Below are positions 11,901 to 23,900 of a stretch of 32,035 nt of DNA, piece after piece. Origin of the DNA: Catajapyx aquilonaris (lineage: Eukaryota); NCBI GenBank assembly GCA_000934665.2, contig JYFJ02004460.1, positions 1 to 32,035 of the forward strand, written 5' to 3'. The notes beneath the pieces are model-generated. The model worked only from the letters and a program-made list of their open reading frames with translations. It was not told the DNA's origin and searched no databases. Position numbers and translations under genes: made by a program. Every line of letters begins with the position of its first letter. Within the stretch, counting starts at the first letter, position 1.

Positions 11901-14900
11901 GGACATGAACTTTTCACAGCATGGCCAGGAAGGTCCACTTGAGCCCCTGACTACGTTTTGATCAATTCGAATAATAATTGCGAGATCTACAAGGGGAGAA
12001 GTTTTCAAAAAACCGCTCACGGCAGCTTCGCTCTAGATTCGAATTTGGGAAATATCTCGACAAGATTCGATGGCAGAAGTCTTCTTCTCTTACTCCTCCA
12101 AAGAGCAATTAATTTGGGTTATAGGTTTTTGCACAGCTATTAGAACAGTGACACCACCACACCTCATAAAATCAGAGGGAGAATTCCGTGATTTAGAACA
12201 GTTGGTAGCTGAGCCGTGCCTAAGGGACTAAGCAGTGTTCTTTTTGCTGACACAGGGCATCACTCAACTATATGAGTAAACATTGTCAAAAAAAGAACAC
12301 TGTTGACTCTCTTCGGCAATGCTCAGCTACCAACTGTTCTAAATGACAGAATTCTCCCTCCGATTTTACAAGGTGACACGGTTTTAACAGCTGTGCAAAA
12401 ACCAATAGCACAAATTAATAGCGCTTTGGAGGAGTAAGACAAGAAGACTTCTGCCATCGAATCTTGTCGATATAGCTCCCAAATTCGAATCCAGGGCAAT
12501 GCTGCCTTGAGCCGTTTTTCAATAACTTCTCCCCTTGTAGATCCGAATTATTATCCGAATTGATCAAAACTTGGTCGGGGGCTCAATTGGATCTCCCTCG
12601 CGATGCTGCGAAAATTTCCGGTTCTTACCTTCAGCGAGACGCTTGCACTGGCAGTGCAAACAGAAAGCTGCACCGGTGACTAGGCCCAACTTGGCCCCCG
12701 CGAGTTGAAAAATTCGTAGGTATCGTGCGCCTTTAAGAGCTTCAAAGCTTGGACAGAGGATTCAATTCGGGGAGGTGTGGTGGCCGAGATGGCAACATCT
12801 CGCCTTGCTGAGTGAAAGGTCCCAGGTTCGATCCCCGCCTGGGAGCTACCATTCGCCTGCGTCAGGAGGGTCTCTGACCTGCACCTTGGAGGTGTCTGGC
12901 AACCTAACCTCCTGGGGGACTGCCCATGGCCCAAAGGCTAGGACATTGCACCTGCACAAGTGTCCCCTCCCCAACAATCCCTATCCCTACCCTACATCCC
13001 TAATTATTCCTTGCACGGTGATCGAAGAAAAAGTAGTAAAATGACTCTATATGGTGGTAATCCACTCCCTTATAAACCCTAATTGGGTTATCATGGGGTA
13101 ATAGATTTTATTTTTTAAATGATTCAATTCCACATTCAATTAAAATGAAAGGAACATGTCTGTCACTCTTTCCAGGAAGATGGATCAGTCATATGTCACA
13201 TAACAGAAGTGGTCAGTCTGACTTGGTGGCTTTCCATGGAAGGTAGCCATGGTGGGTGTAACCTGGGCTACCTCTGGGCCAAACAGGTTAGGACATGGGA
13301 TTGTGGTATGGACTACTAGACAAAGGAATATAGCAACTTTTGTACTAAGTTTGGACACAGACTGGGCAGTTCCCTCAAACAAAAAAATCCCCTAATTTTG
13401 TGTATTACGTATTTTTCAAGACATCTTGCACCCAAACGCACAAAAAAGTTCAGAATTCCCACCATGCTTGATTTCGATGAAAACTGGAAGTGTCTGAAAA
13501 GATAATGGGGAAAGGTGAACAGGATTTTATCAAAATTTTAGTTAAAGGTCTCCCAGGAGAAAGGAGGTCTCTGCGAAATTTCCTTGGAGTCCTGGAGGAA
13601 GTAAGTAGACATACTTTGCCTTCAATTATGCCATAGTGCATGCGAATGTCATGTCATAGGTTATGTTAGGCAAAAAGACAGACATATAAACACTTCACTA
13701 ATACTAGGGGTCGAATCTAGAATTTTTTGTCCACGTGCAGAGTTTGCACTCCAGACTTTCATCTGGAGTGCAACTTGCTTACTTAGAGTGCTTCATTTTT
13801 AATTACTGGGTTTAACCATGTTAAAAACAGGACCAACTAGAGCAGTGGTTTCCAACCCATAACCAACTGCAACCCCCTAAACGTGTTTCCATAAATGTGC
13901 GACCCCCCCCCCCNCCCTTCAGACCCCTCTACTGGCCCCTCCTACAACTCCCCCTTTTCCAGAAAACATACTCTGTACGGCCGCAAAAATGGTTCAATTG
14001 ACACAGAAATTCCACGAAAAAATACTTGATGATTGGACACAGGGCACCTAGTTCGTCTCTTTTCCATTTTTGCCCAAGAAATGACCTTTACGGCGAGTTG
14101 AAGTAAATGGAAATCTGTGTTTCCGAATGTCAATTTGATTAACATGAAAGAAGGAATAGCAAGATAATCAGACACATTTCTGAGGCCGTGTGTCCACAAT
14201 TTTAATGCAGTCGTGTCGAGTATGGTACCATTTTAAAGGCCAAATCTTTGCACGCGTTTTTCGAGATTAACATTTCGGGAAAAAAATTAAGTTCTCTACA
14301 AAATGTGTTACCATATGTTTACTGCTGTGCCCCCTTAATCCCGGGTACTCGCCCTGCACATCCAGCCAGAACTTCGTCAATTCTCCATATTGAAAATCTT
14401 TCAATGTGCGATCGCAGCGCAAATCAATGAGCTGCTCTCGTTCATAAGCAGACAGTTTTTCCCTTGAAAACTCAGTGAAGAGATTTTGAACCTACCAGAC
14501 CTCTGCTATGTCAATGTCACCGAAATATTTCTCCAAATCCTCCTTTAGTACTTGAAAATGGGTGGAGGTGACTCGCTCTTGAATTTTGTGACACTGTCCT
14601 CAATGGGTAGGGAGATTCTTGATGGTGGCGCCATTGGCGGTCTAAAGCGCAAGTTCTGGCAGGAAACTGTGTATGCGGCCAGTGGGGTCGGAACGTCCGA
14701 AATAGTGGCAGAATATTTCGCTTCTGGCAGAGAAGATGCCATTTACGGTGCTAATACTACATCCCTTCCTGGCGGTTTATAGCCCCAGACCCCAAGTTTT
14801 TAGGCTCTAATTAGCCCGTAATTAATTCATCAAAATGGCGGTCATCAAGAATAATATATTTCGGAATACCGCTCTTATTCATAGCTATTTATCATGTATG

Positions 14901-17900
14901 TCATGTTGTTTTCACACAAGTTGGAGTGTAAAACTTCATCGAAATATTAAATAATTTCATAGGGCCATTTAATCATTATAACATTAAATGAGGCCGCCAA
15001 AAGTCGGATAATAAACTTTTCAGCTACATGCCTACATGGTCATGTTTGGTATGAAATCATGCGTCTTTGAGGGTGCAGAATTCAGTGGTGGTACCGAAAA
15101 TAGTACCAGACAATCCCTGATGTAATACTGTGAAACCTGTCTATAACGGACCCTGCTTATAGCGGAAACTTGTCCCTTACGGAAAATTTTTAGGGTCTCG
15201 ATTCTGCTATACATAGCCACACACAGCCACCACCAGATACTTGGGGATGGAAAAAAATGTATTTGCGGCTGTGGTATACCAGGGTCAACCATTGCAGATG
15301 TCGCGAAAACCTCGGAAGAGCTGATCGCAAGTGGACCCTGCAAGAAACGGTGCTCTTTATGTAAATTCGCGAAAAACTAATTTTTTTCAATGTACCCTGT
15401 TACGCTCATGTGAAGGTCGATGTTCAAGAAATGATGTATACGAATGGTTCTGATTGCATTACCCAGTGGTTGGATGGGATGCTCGGACTAATTTTTTAAA
15501 AAAACTATAAACACATCTTATCTTTCTAAAATGCACATTAGCTGTATAATTAATTCCACTTCTAGTGTCTGACGGTCTGTGTCAAATGAAAACATAGGTA
15601 CATCTTTTCAAAGAGTTTATTACAATGAAACCTGTGTAGAGCAGAATCGAAACCCTAAAAATGTTCCATGATGGACAGGTTTCCGCTATAAGCAGGGTCC
15701 GTTATAGACAGGTTTCACTGTATTACTTCTGGAATTGTCTGGTACTATTTTCGGTGCCACCACTGAATTCTGCACCCTCAAAAACACATGATTTCATACC
15801 AAACATGACCATGTAGCTGAAAAGTTTATTTTCCGACTTTTGGTGGCCTTATTTAATGTTATAATGATAAAATGGCCCTTTAAAATTATTTAATATTTCG
15901 ATGGAGTTTTACACTACAACGTGTGTGACAATAACATGTCTTACATGATAAATAGCTGTAAATAAGAGTGGAATTCCGCAATATATATTTCCTGAATACC
16001 ACCATTTTGATGAATTAATTACGGGCTAATTAGAGCCTTATAACTTGTGGTCTGGGGCTATTTACGTTCAGGAAGGGATGTAGTATCAGCACAGTAAATG
16101 GCATCTTCTCTGCCAGAAGTGAAATATTATTGTGACTTCCGACCCCACTGTGTGAGCCAAGCACCAGTCGCCCTTCTTTCATGTAAAAACTGCACTTTCC
16201 GGCCGCTAGACGGCTCCACCGTCTCAGAATCTACCTACCCATATACTCTTGCAGACGATGCAACATTTCAAATGAAGATTGCTCCCCTTTTTTCTGCCAG
16301 CCAAAGTTCCAATTTAAAGGTGTGTTTACATGTGAGCGATTTGATCAAGCAATGTCATCGCCGGCGATAACAACACTGAGTAACCCAAGTAACCAGTATT
16401 GTTTGAGGCGAAAATCGATTGTTACTTTCAACTCAAACAATATTGGTTACATCACTCGGCAATCGCTTCACTTGTCGAATCGCCCACATGTAAACAGGGC
16501 TTTAATTTAAATACACTTATTTTTTCATGTGATGAAAAAATGTTCCTTGATTTGACCCCTTGCAGAGAAGTGTTGAGCACATTCAGCTCCTCAAACATAT
16601 CCACAAAATATGCCAGCTAGCACAGTCATTTTCAATCATTGCATCTGCTTCCCTTGGTCCCTGGATAGCTTCTTTCCTTCAAAAGTAAATGCAGCTTGAT
16701 TGGCTTCGTAGCAGGCATGGTGGTAACGGGGCTTCCGCGGATAGAGGAGAGCGTGAGGGCGAACATTGCTAAATTGCTCGACGAACTATGGCTCAAACAT
16801 ACAACTTGCACACAGTGTTATTATTATTATTTTTTAAATTCATTATAGTGCATAAAATAGCAAAAAAAGTTGAACCAAGGCTCGCTACCCCCCGCGACCC
16901 CCCAGTTGGAAACCACTGAACTACAGTGCAAAGTTTGCACTCTATGGCTCACTTGGGAGTGTAAATAATAATTCTGGAGTGCATATTGCACCTTTGCATC
17001 AGAATATTTTGAACCCTGTAATACATAATTATGAAGTAGTAGTATTACAAAGCAATACTTTTCCATTGAATAATCAGCTATCAAATAAAGCGTCTAAAAA
17101 TATTTAAAATTGCCCCACTTCACCTTAACACTTTTGATAACCACTAAAAGTAACTACTCCAAAGTAACAAACTGCTTAAAATAAGAAGCCACTAAAATCC
17201 CCATATACAGGGTGGTCGGTAAATGGCGGACAAGCTTCAGGTAGCGAGATTCCTTGTGAAAAACTAGTATATGGAAGTGAAGGTCATATTGCTTTACGAG
17301 GCCTGGTTAGGGCTCACGAGGTCTCCAAAGTTTGGACCAAATCCTGACGTCACATCCGCCCGCGAAATACAAACAATACCGTATCGCTGCAGTACACGGT
17401 TTGTTACCAGGCGTTGCCATGTTGACATCCCCCACATTTTCACCAAACACTGGAACCGTATAAACTCCCTGGGACGTTGCCAGGCACGCGGCGACGACGG
17501 TTTGGCAATGCCTGGCAACGTCCCTGCGAGTTTATACGGTTCCATTGTTTGGTGAACATGTGGGGGATGTCAACATGGCAACCCCTGGTAACGCACCGCA
17601 GACAGAAGCGATACGGTAGTGTTTGAATATCGCGGGCGGATGTGACGTCATGATTTGGCCCAAACTTTGGAGGCCTCGTGAGCCCTAACCATGCATCGCA
17701 GAGCAAGATGACCTTCACTTCCATATACTGGTTTTTCACAAGAAATCTCGCTACCTGAAGCTTGTCCGCCATTTACCGACCACCCTGTATATAAAGCTCA
17801 ATATTTGTACGTATTAATGTATGTATGTCACGCCTAATTAAGCCACTTCCCGGGCACAGAGAGCGCTCAAATTTCTCAGAGCCATGTCTTACCTATCACT

Positions 17901-20900
17901 GACCCCGAGAAAAGTCCCAAACCCAAACTTTTTTGAGTCTAAGGGGGGTTTTCAGCAGATGAAGCAATTGCCTAGCAACCCTGGCTGTCAACAAGCCCAA
18001 ATGATGGATCTGCCTCTCTCTCACTCATGTTCACCAAACAATAATAGAACAACGGGCAGGTTGGCAAGAATAATAATTGCAGTACACGTAGCTTGACACG
18101 TAGGGTATTGTAACAATTAACGGTTGGAGTACTTCGGGGAGTGCCGAGATCAACAATACCGAACAATACAGTACTGGACAGTGCATATCCATAGAACCTG
18201 CCACAAGGCACCAGGAAACACAGAGGAAAGAAGAGCAGGTATACGTTCGTGTGTTTGCTCTCAGTAGTGTTGGAGTCATGCCTTCATGTTCAGATTGTGT
18301 TATCATCAAATATATATTTTTTAAATTCCGATACAAAATTTTCAAATGTAATTTTAAAACCGGGGTTAATGCGAAACGGCGTAAAATGGAGCGGCGTAAA
18401 ACGGGTACTTCCTGCATGGGAAATCTTTCTTGGCCGGTTCACAACCAGCAAGCTATCATAATTTTCATGTTATCACAATTTTTCAATTTAAAAATTTTAT
18501 GATGTCATTTTCAAACCGGCGTTAATGTGGAACGGCGTAAAATGGGTACCTACTGTATTATTTTGATAATTGGACGGTGTTATGCAATAATGCGTCAACC
18601 CACGCGAGACCAGTTTTGAGAAAAAGGGCTTTGAAGGTCATACCTTTGAAATTAATTCAGTGTTCTTTTCGGTCATTTGTCGTAGAAGAATGCAGATTTC
18701 ACCAACGTGATATTAACTGAATGAAGTAGGATTCTTTAGGCCAGGGTTCTTAGCCTGGGGTGCGATAGGTGGCTTCCCTGGGGGTGCGAGCAAGGTGCAC
18801 CTCTGGACTTAATCTAACCAAGAGCTAATAACTGGTCTAACTATGAACGTAATCAATCACCCCTGGTATAGGGGGTGCGACAAGGACCCACATATTGTCT
18901 ACAAAGGGGTGCGGATGCCCTAAAAGGTTAAGAACCTCTGCTTTAGGTGTATGTTCCTGGGCTTGGCTCAATTTTGACATATTTGTGGGTTGACTCATTA
19001 TTGCATAACACAGTCCAATTATCCCTCCGCTTTCAATCACTTCTGTGTAGGTTGACTGCCACCAATTCAACATTGTACCAGACACTACACATGGGTTTGC
19101 TGCTATAAATCAATCAATAAATAACATATTTTGATAATCTACGTATGTAAGGCAAAAAAAAAAATGTTTGCCTGTGGCAACAGAATTTTGTTGGTGATAG
19201 AAACAGGCCTGTAAATGGTTTCAAATTTTGCACTTCCCCCAATTTTTTATCTAAATTTTTTATGTCCCCTCCCCCCAATGTATCTCCACCTTGCCGTGGT
19301 GGTGGGCTTTCGTTTTCCCATGATCCTGAAGAGCTATGCCGGCGGTAGTTTCGTCTACTGGTAGGGCCGCCCAAGTTGTACAGGTCTTTGGGATAGGAGA
19401 CAGACTAAGAGAGATACCAGTCTTTCCTCTCTGTTCCTCTTTGTTTCTCTCTCCATCTGTCCCACCTTTTTGTATTGTGATAACCACATAGCCATAGTTG
19501 CGTGGCTCTTTATTACGCAAACAAACCAGAATTTTTACACCCTTCCAGTGCCTACATATGCAAGGGAATGAACAGTTTTGTATTTAATATTGCTTGAGAT
19601 CTAAGAAGAATTCGGTGTAATTATCCACGCTCTTTTTTCCCCCGTGCGAAGAACGGGTACCGCTGCTAGTGGATAATAAAATTGGATCACCCTCCATCAC
19701 ATAAATCAACAAACAAAAATGCGAGATAACAAATGAAAATTCATTTCTTGGAGATTCATTATGGAAAAAGAATACTGCAAATGCAGACATCCTCATGGTG
19801 TTTGCCAATAAATTCTAACCTTGGAAAAATCCTTTGTGAGCGTAGATCAAGTTCACAGTTGCTTTACATCCAGTCAGTGACAGTATCCATTCCTGGTGAT
19901 CATTCCAGTGGATTGGGTAATGGGCTTTCACCATGAACTCAAGAGTCTCACTGTCAACTAAGCTACGATACTGTTAAGAGAAACGAATATCAGTGCTTTT
20001 ATTTAACAGCCATAACTAAAGTGTCACTACCTGTAGGCTAGTGGAAGCATCCAAATGCAATAACTGGCCAGTTATTTTGGTCACATATCCATCAGTTTGG
20101 ACTCCCCATGGGAATGTCATTTCAAGATAGGAGCCAGCACCAATGTTCATATGCACAGCATTAGTTTCCTGAAAGAGAAACCATTCATCTTGTAAAATCC
20201 ATATAGCCTGTTTTACGAATTCGCTTTTCGCATTATAAAGTGACTTCATAACGCAGCAAGCAAAGCGCGCGGCAGACCAATTTATCAAAAGACAATGGGC
20301 AGCACACAGCCGCGTTTTGCTGTCGGAAGAGCGAGCTGTCGGATTCAAATTTTCCAGAAGTCGGGCATTATGCTGTCACGTTGAGCCAATCGGAGGAAGT
20401 CACGTCCAGTCCCGTGACATCCACGCCCCCCCCCCCCNCCATCCAGTCCCGTGACATCCATGCCGCCCTCACCTCCTCTCCACCTCGTCCTCCCCGTCTT
20501 GCTTCTTTTCCCCCTATGTTTTTTCCAGTCTGCCTGGCGGCTAATGTCCCGTCCTTTTGCTCCCATCCCGTCCGCCTTCGCCCCCGTATGTGGTCCAGGA
20601 CACTGCCCTCACCCGGCTCACCGCCCCGGAGCCCGCCCCGAGCCCACCTGACCCCAGGTTGGCCTAGCGCACGTACTTCTCCAACCCTCTCCTTCTCATA
20701 CTTGCCCATACCTTCTGACACTTTGCCGCCTGTCAGAAACGCCTGTCAGAAGCGGCCACCTTTTCGTAAATTGACACACGGCAGGAAGCGCCTTTTTGCT
20801 GCCCACCCATATGCAGCAACGACTTGCAGTTTGAGGGATGAAGTCGCTTTATAACGCGAAAAGGTAATTCGTAAAACATCCTTAAGAGTAAATAATGAAG

Positions 20901-23900
20901 GCTGGAACAACTTGAAGATGTGCTGGGAAAAACATTCAAATGTGATCTGAAAAATGATCTTTCTAGGCAATACAATCAAGAGTTTTTATGCAAACATTTA
21001 TGCATATCTCATTATCATGTGCTCCACTAAAATTACTGGTCATTTTAAGAAGTAGCAGCCGGAGCGTTGCTGGAATTTTCCAGAATAATACTCTTTCAAG
21101 TTTCTAATTAAGTGCTAGGAATCAAAGACATCTCAGTTTTTAAAACTAACAGTCTGTTATAAATTTATGCAAGTAGAAGTCTTCATACCTTTTCCTTGGA
21201 AAACAATATGTCTATTGTTGCTTCATTTAAGGTGCTGAGACGAATATCGAATGACTGGACTTGTCTTTTTTCTCCTGGCTGAGGAGTTTTTGAAACTACT
21301 AGAGGTTGGTAGTCTTGTGGGAAAAAAAACTTGAACAGTTGTTCACGCTGTCTGTCAGCCCATGGGCCATAACTGAAGTCAGTTCCTTTTCCACACTGAA
21401 ATGAGTTAATATTATCAAGTGACAACAGCATAATACAATTACTGTATTACCTCGCATAGAGCAGCATGCCAGAATGAAACAGGGTAAGATACACCAGGGA
21501 CCAGTATATCTCAGGGGAACTGGCCAAATGATATAAAGTGGAGTAATTTTTGTAATTTTCTCCTTCCTTTCAGAATAACCAGTATTCCCAATTTAAAACA
21601 AACTTTCAAATGATTAAAATATTTTATGTGGATATTGATATGAGGCTTACAAAATAAATCCATAGCAATAGTAAGCATTCTCCTTTTATTTCTTCTGCAG
21701 TGATTCACTTATTGTAACATTATGAATTTATGATACATATTTTATACTTTATAGGCCTACATCACAAGGTCCTCCAAAACCAAGATAGTTCCAGTAAGTG
21801 CTTTTCAAATTAATCGTTCCTGATGATGTAGGTGCATCAATGATAGTTTTGCTCTGACAAAGGCTGCCCATAATTTAGTTTGAAGGGTGGGAGAGGGGTT
21901 GAAAAGTGACATGCCAATGTACCTAACACTCATGCTGACTGGTTAGTTCTCAGGTAATCGAGTGGAGGGGAGGGTGTTTTACTGCATTATTTGGCAGGTG
22001 ATTTACAGCAGCTATTTCTGACTTGTGATGCTGCTTAAGGGAATAGGATGTAAAACATGGCATGCTCTTCATTTTATGGCTCAAAATAATTACATGCTTT
22101 TGGCAGGTAAAATATAGACAAAACCCCCCTATATGCCAGCTGACCCTGCCTTTTATCAGCATGCAGCTGTAGCCACTAGTAGTGTTTTCTAAAATCTGGC
22201 CAGCCCTGTTTTAACCGGCATGCCACTCTATGCAGAGTAATATGGTAAATTGTTAAATTTGTTCCTAATTTTTTTTGTGTTACACTTCATACTCCTAAAA
22301 AAAATTACACCCCAAAAAAGTAATTGTTATAAATTGTTAATGAACCCTTCCAGGATTCTATACAATATACATGATAACCTCAGCTAACGACATATAATTA
22401 TATAATAAAAAATTGTACATTCAGTAGCCATAATTACATTTTCATATTAAAATATCTGAAAATGTTCACAACAATTATTACTACATGACAATGAACTGCA
22501 CATGAACTCACTTTGATATCCAGACCCCAGACTGGAGGATTCGCTTCAACCATGTCTCCATTCGCTAGTCTCAACATTTCAGGCTCATTGGGTACCAGAC
22601 CTGGAATCACTTGCTCTTAGCGTGCTGAAAATTATCTGCTATAGCCACATAGCAAAATACAAGCACAATTTTTTGTGTCATAAAAAATAAAATACGTCCC
22701 GAGGTACTTGTAGTAGTACTTCTTTTTTTCCATTACAGAATTCCTAATATATAAGATTAAAATCATAGTCATCGTGTTTGGTTATGCCTTCTGATTGGTC
22801 CGCAGCATATTGTTACCGCCACATCCTCATAGGCCCGCGTTCATTGTTACCTGGATGTATTGTTACCATGACGCCTCCAATGGCCCCCTTTCCGAGCATG
22901 CACAATGAGTGGAAGAACGCCACAGTCACTTGCTGGAAGTCAACGAGGACACATCTCCTCTCCCGTGAAGACCCCTCTACCCTTCCACCCCCTTCCACCC
23001 TCTTCCACCCTCCTCCACCCTCTTTCACCCTCCTCCACCCTCTTTCACCCTCCTCCACCCTCCTCCACCTAACCCACATCTTCACGGTGACCTCACAATA
23101 GGGGTTGCTGAAGGCAGCACAATTCTTTAGTTTAAGGTCATAAAATATCAGATCAAAATGCATGCAATTTATTGCCAGTTGCTTTGGGATATGTTGTTAG
23201 ATAAGCAGCACGGTGAGGAAGCCAAAATAATAGTGGGACTAATGCAGGGGATAGGCGTTTTCTACTGTCAGGGTGAAATAGAGTGGCTCAGTTAGCACCC
23301 CAAATTAGGAAACTGCGATAAATGCAGCCTACCATAATTGTTACGTTTCTCTTCATCACAAATTGTGGTCGAATTTGGAACAGCTTCTTCTAATACAGAA
23401 TTGACAGATAGGCCAATGCACCTTAAAACGGAAGAACGGCTGGGGGTGGCGAATATGATTGGGGGATGGGCTTATCACTGGCAGTAAGTCCGAAGGGATT
23501 AAAAATACTGTGTCCGCCGAAGTCCGAAGCGATTAACAATATGGCCTCCACCACCCCAGGTCGCAGAACTAGAAAAAAGCGAGCGAAGCAAGTGGCTTTC
23601 TTGACCTTCGCCACAGAAAAATTCAAGCAAAGCGAGGGTTTTTCTAGTGTTTCTAATAAAGAGGTTAGAATGCAACAGAAATTGACACTTGCCTGGCTCA
23701 TCCACATAATGGTATAGCTCAACCACATTGGATGACAGCACCACAAAACCTTCTCCCATAAACCTAGGGGGTTCATCAACCATTCCTGTGTATTTTGGAC
23801 TAGGCGCTAAAATCACCTGCAGATGCAAGCAAAAATATTTTCAGTGTTCTAAGTGGAAATGAAAGCATAGGGTGGATTTTTCGTCCCACTGATAATTACT

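Larger units (their letters stand above)
13843..16918. mobile_element. hAT (Charlie/Buster-like) non-autonomous element carrying nested insertions
   Basis: TIR cagtggtttccaac / gttggaaaccactg; 8-bp TSD aactagag/aactacag (7 of 8 match). Confidence 0.78.

Noticed and set aside
12769..12845. tRNA genes at the SINE heads (also at 5527, 25060 and 29940)
   Set aside because: A/B boxes are present, but each head runs into a SINE body (with tails or TSDs in the better-preserved copies) and I could not fold a full cloverleaf.
20345..20979. Pro/Arg/Gly-rich ORFs up to 157 aa
   Set aside because: They arise from the low-complexity GC-rich interior of an intronic TIR element.
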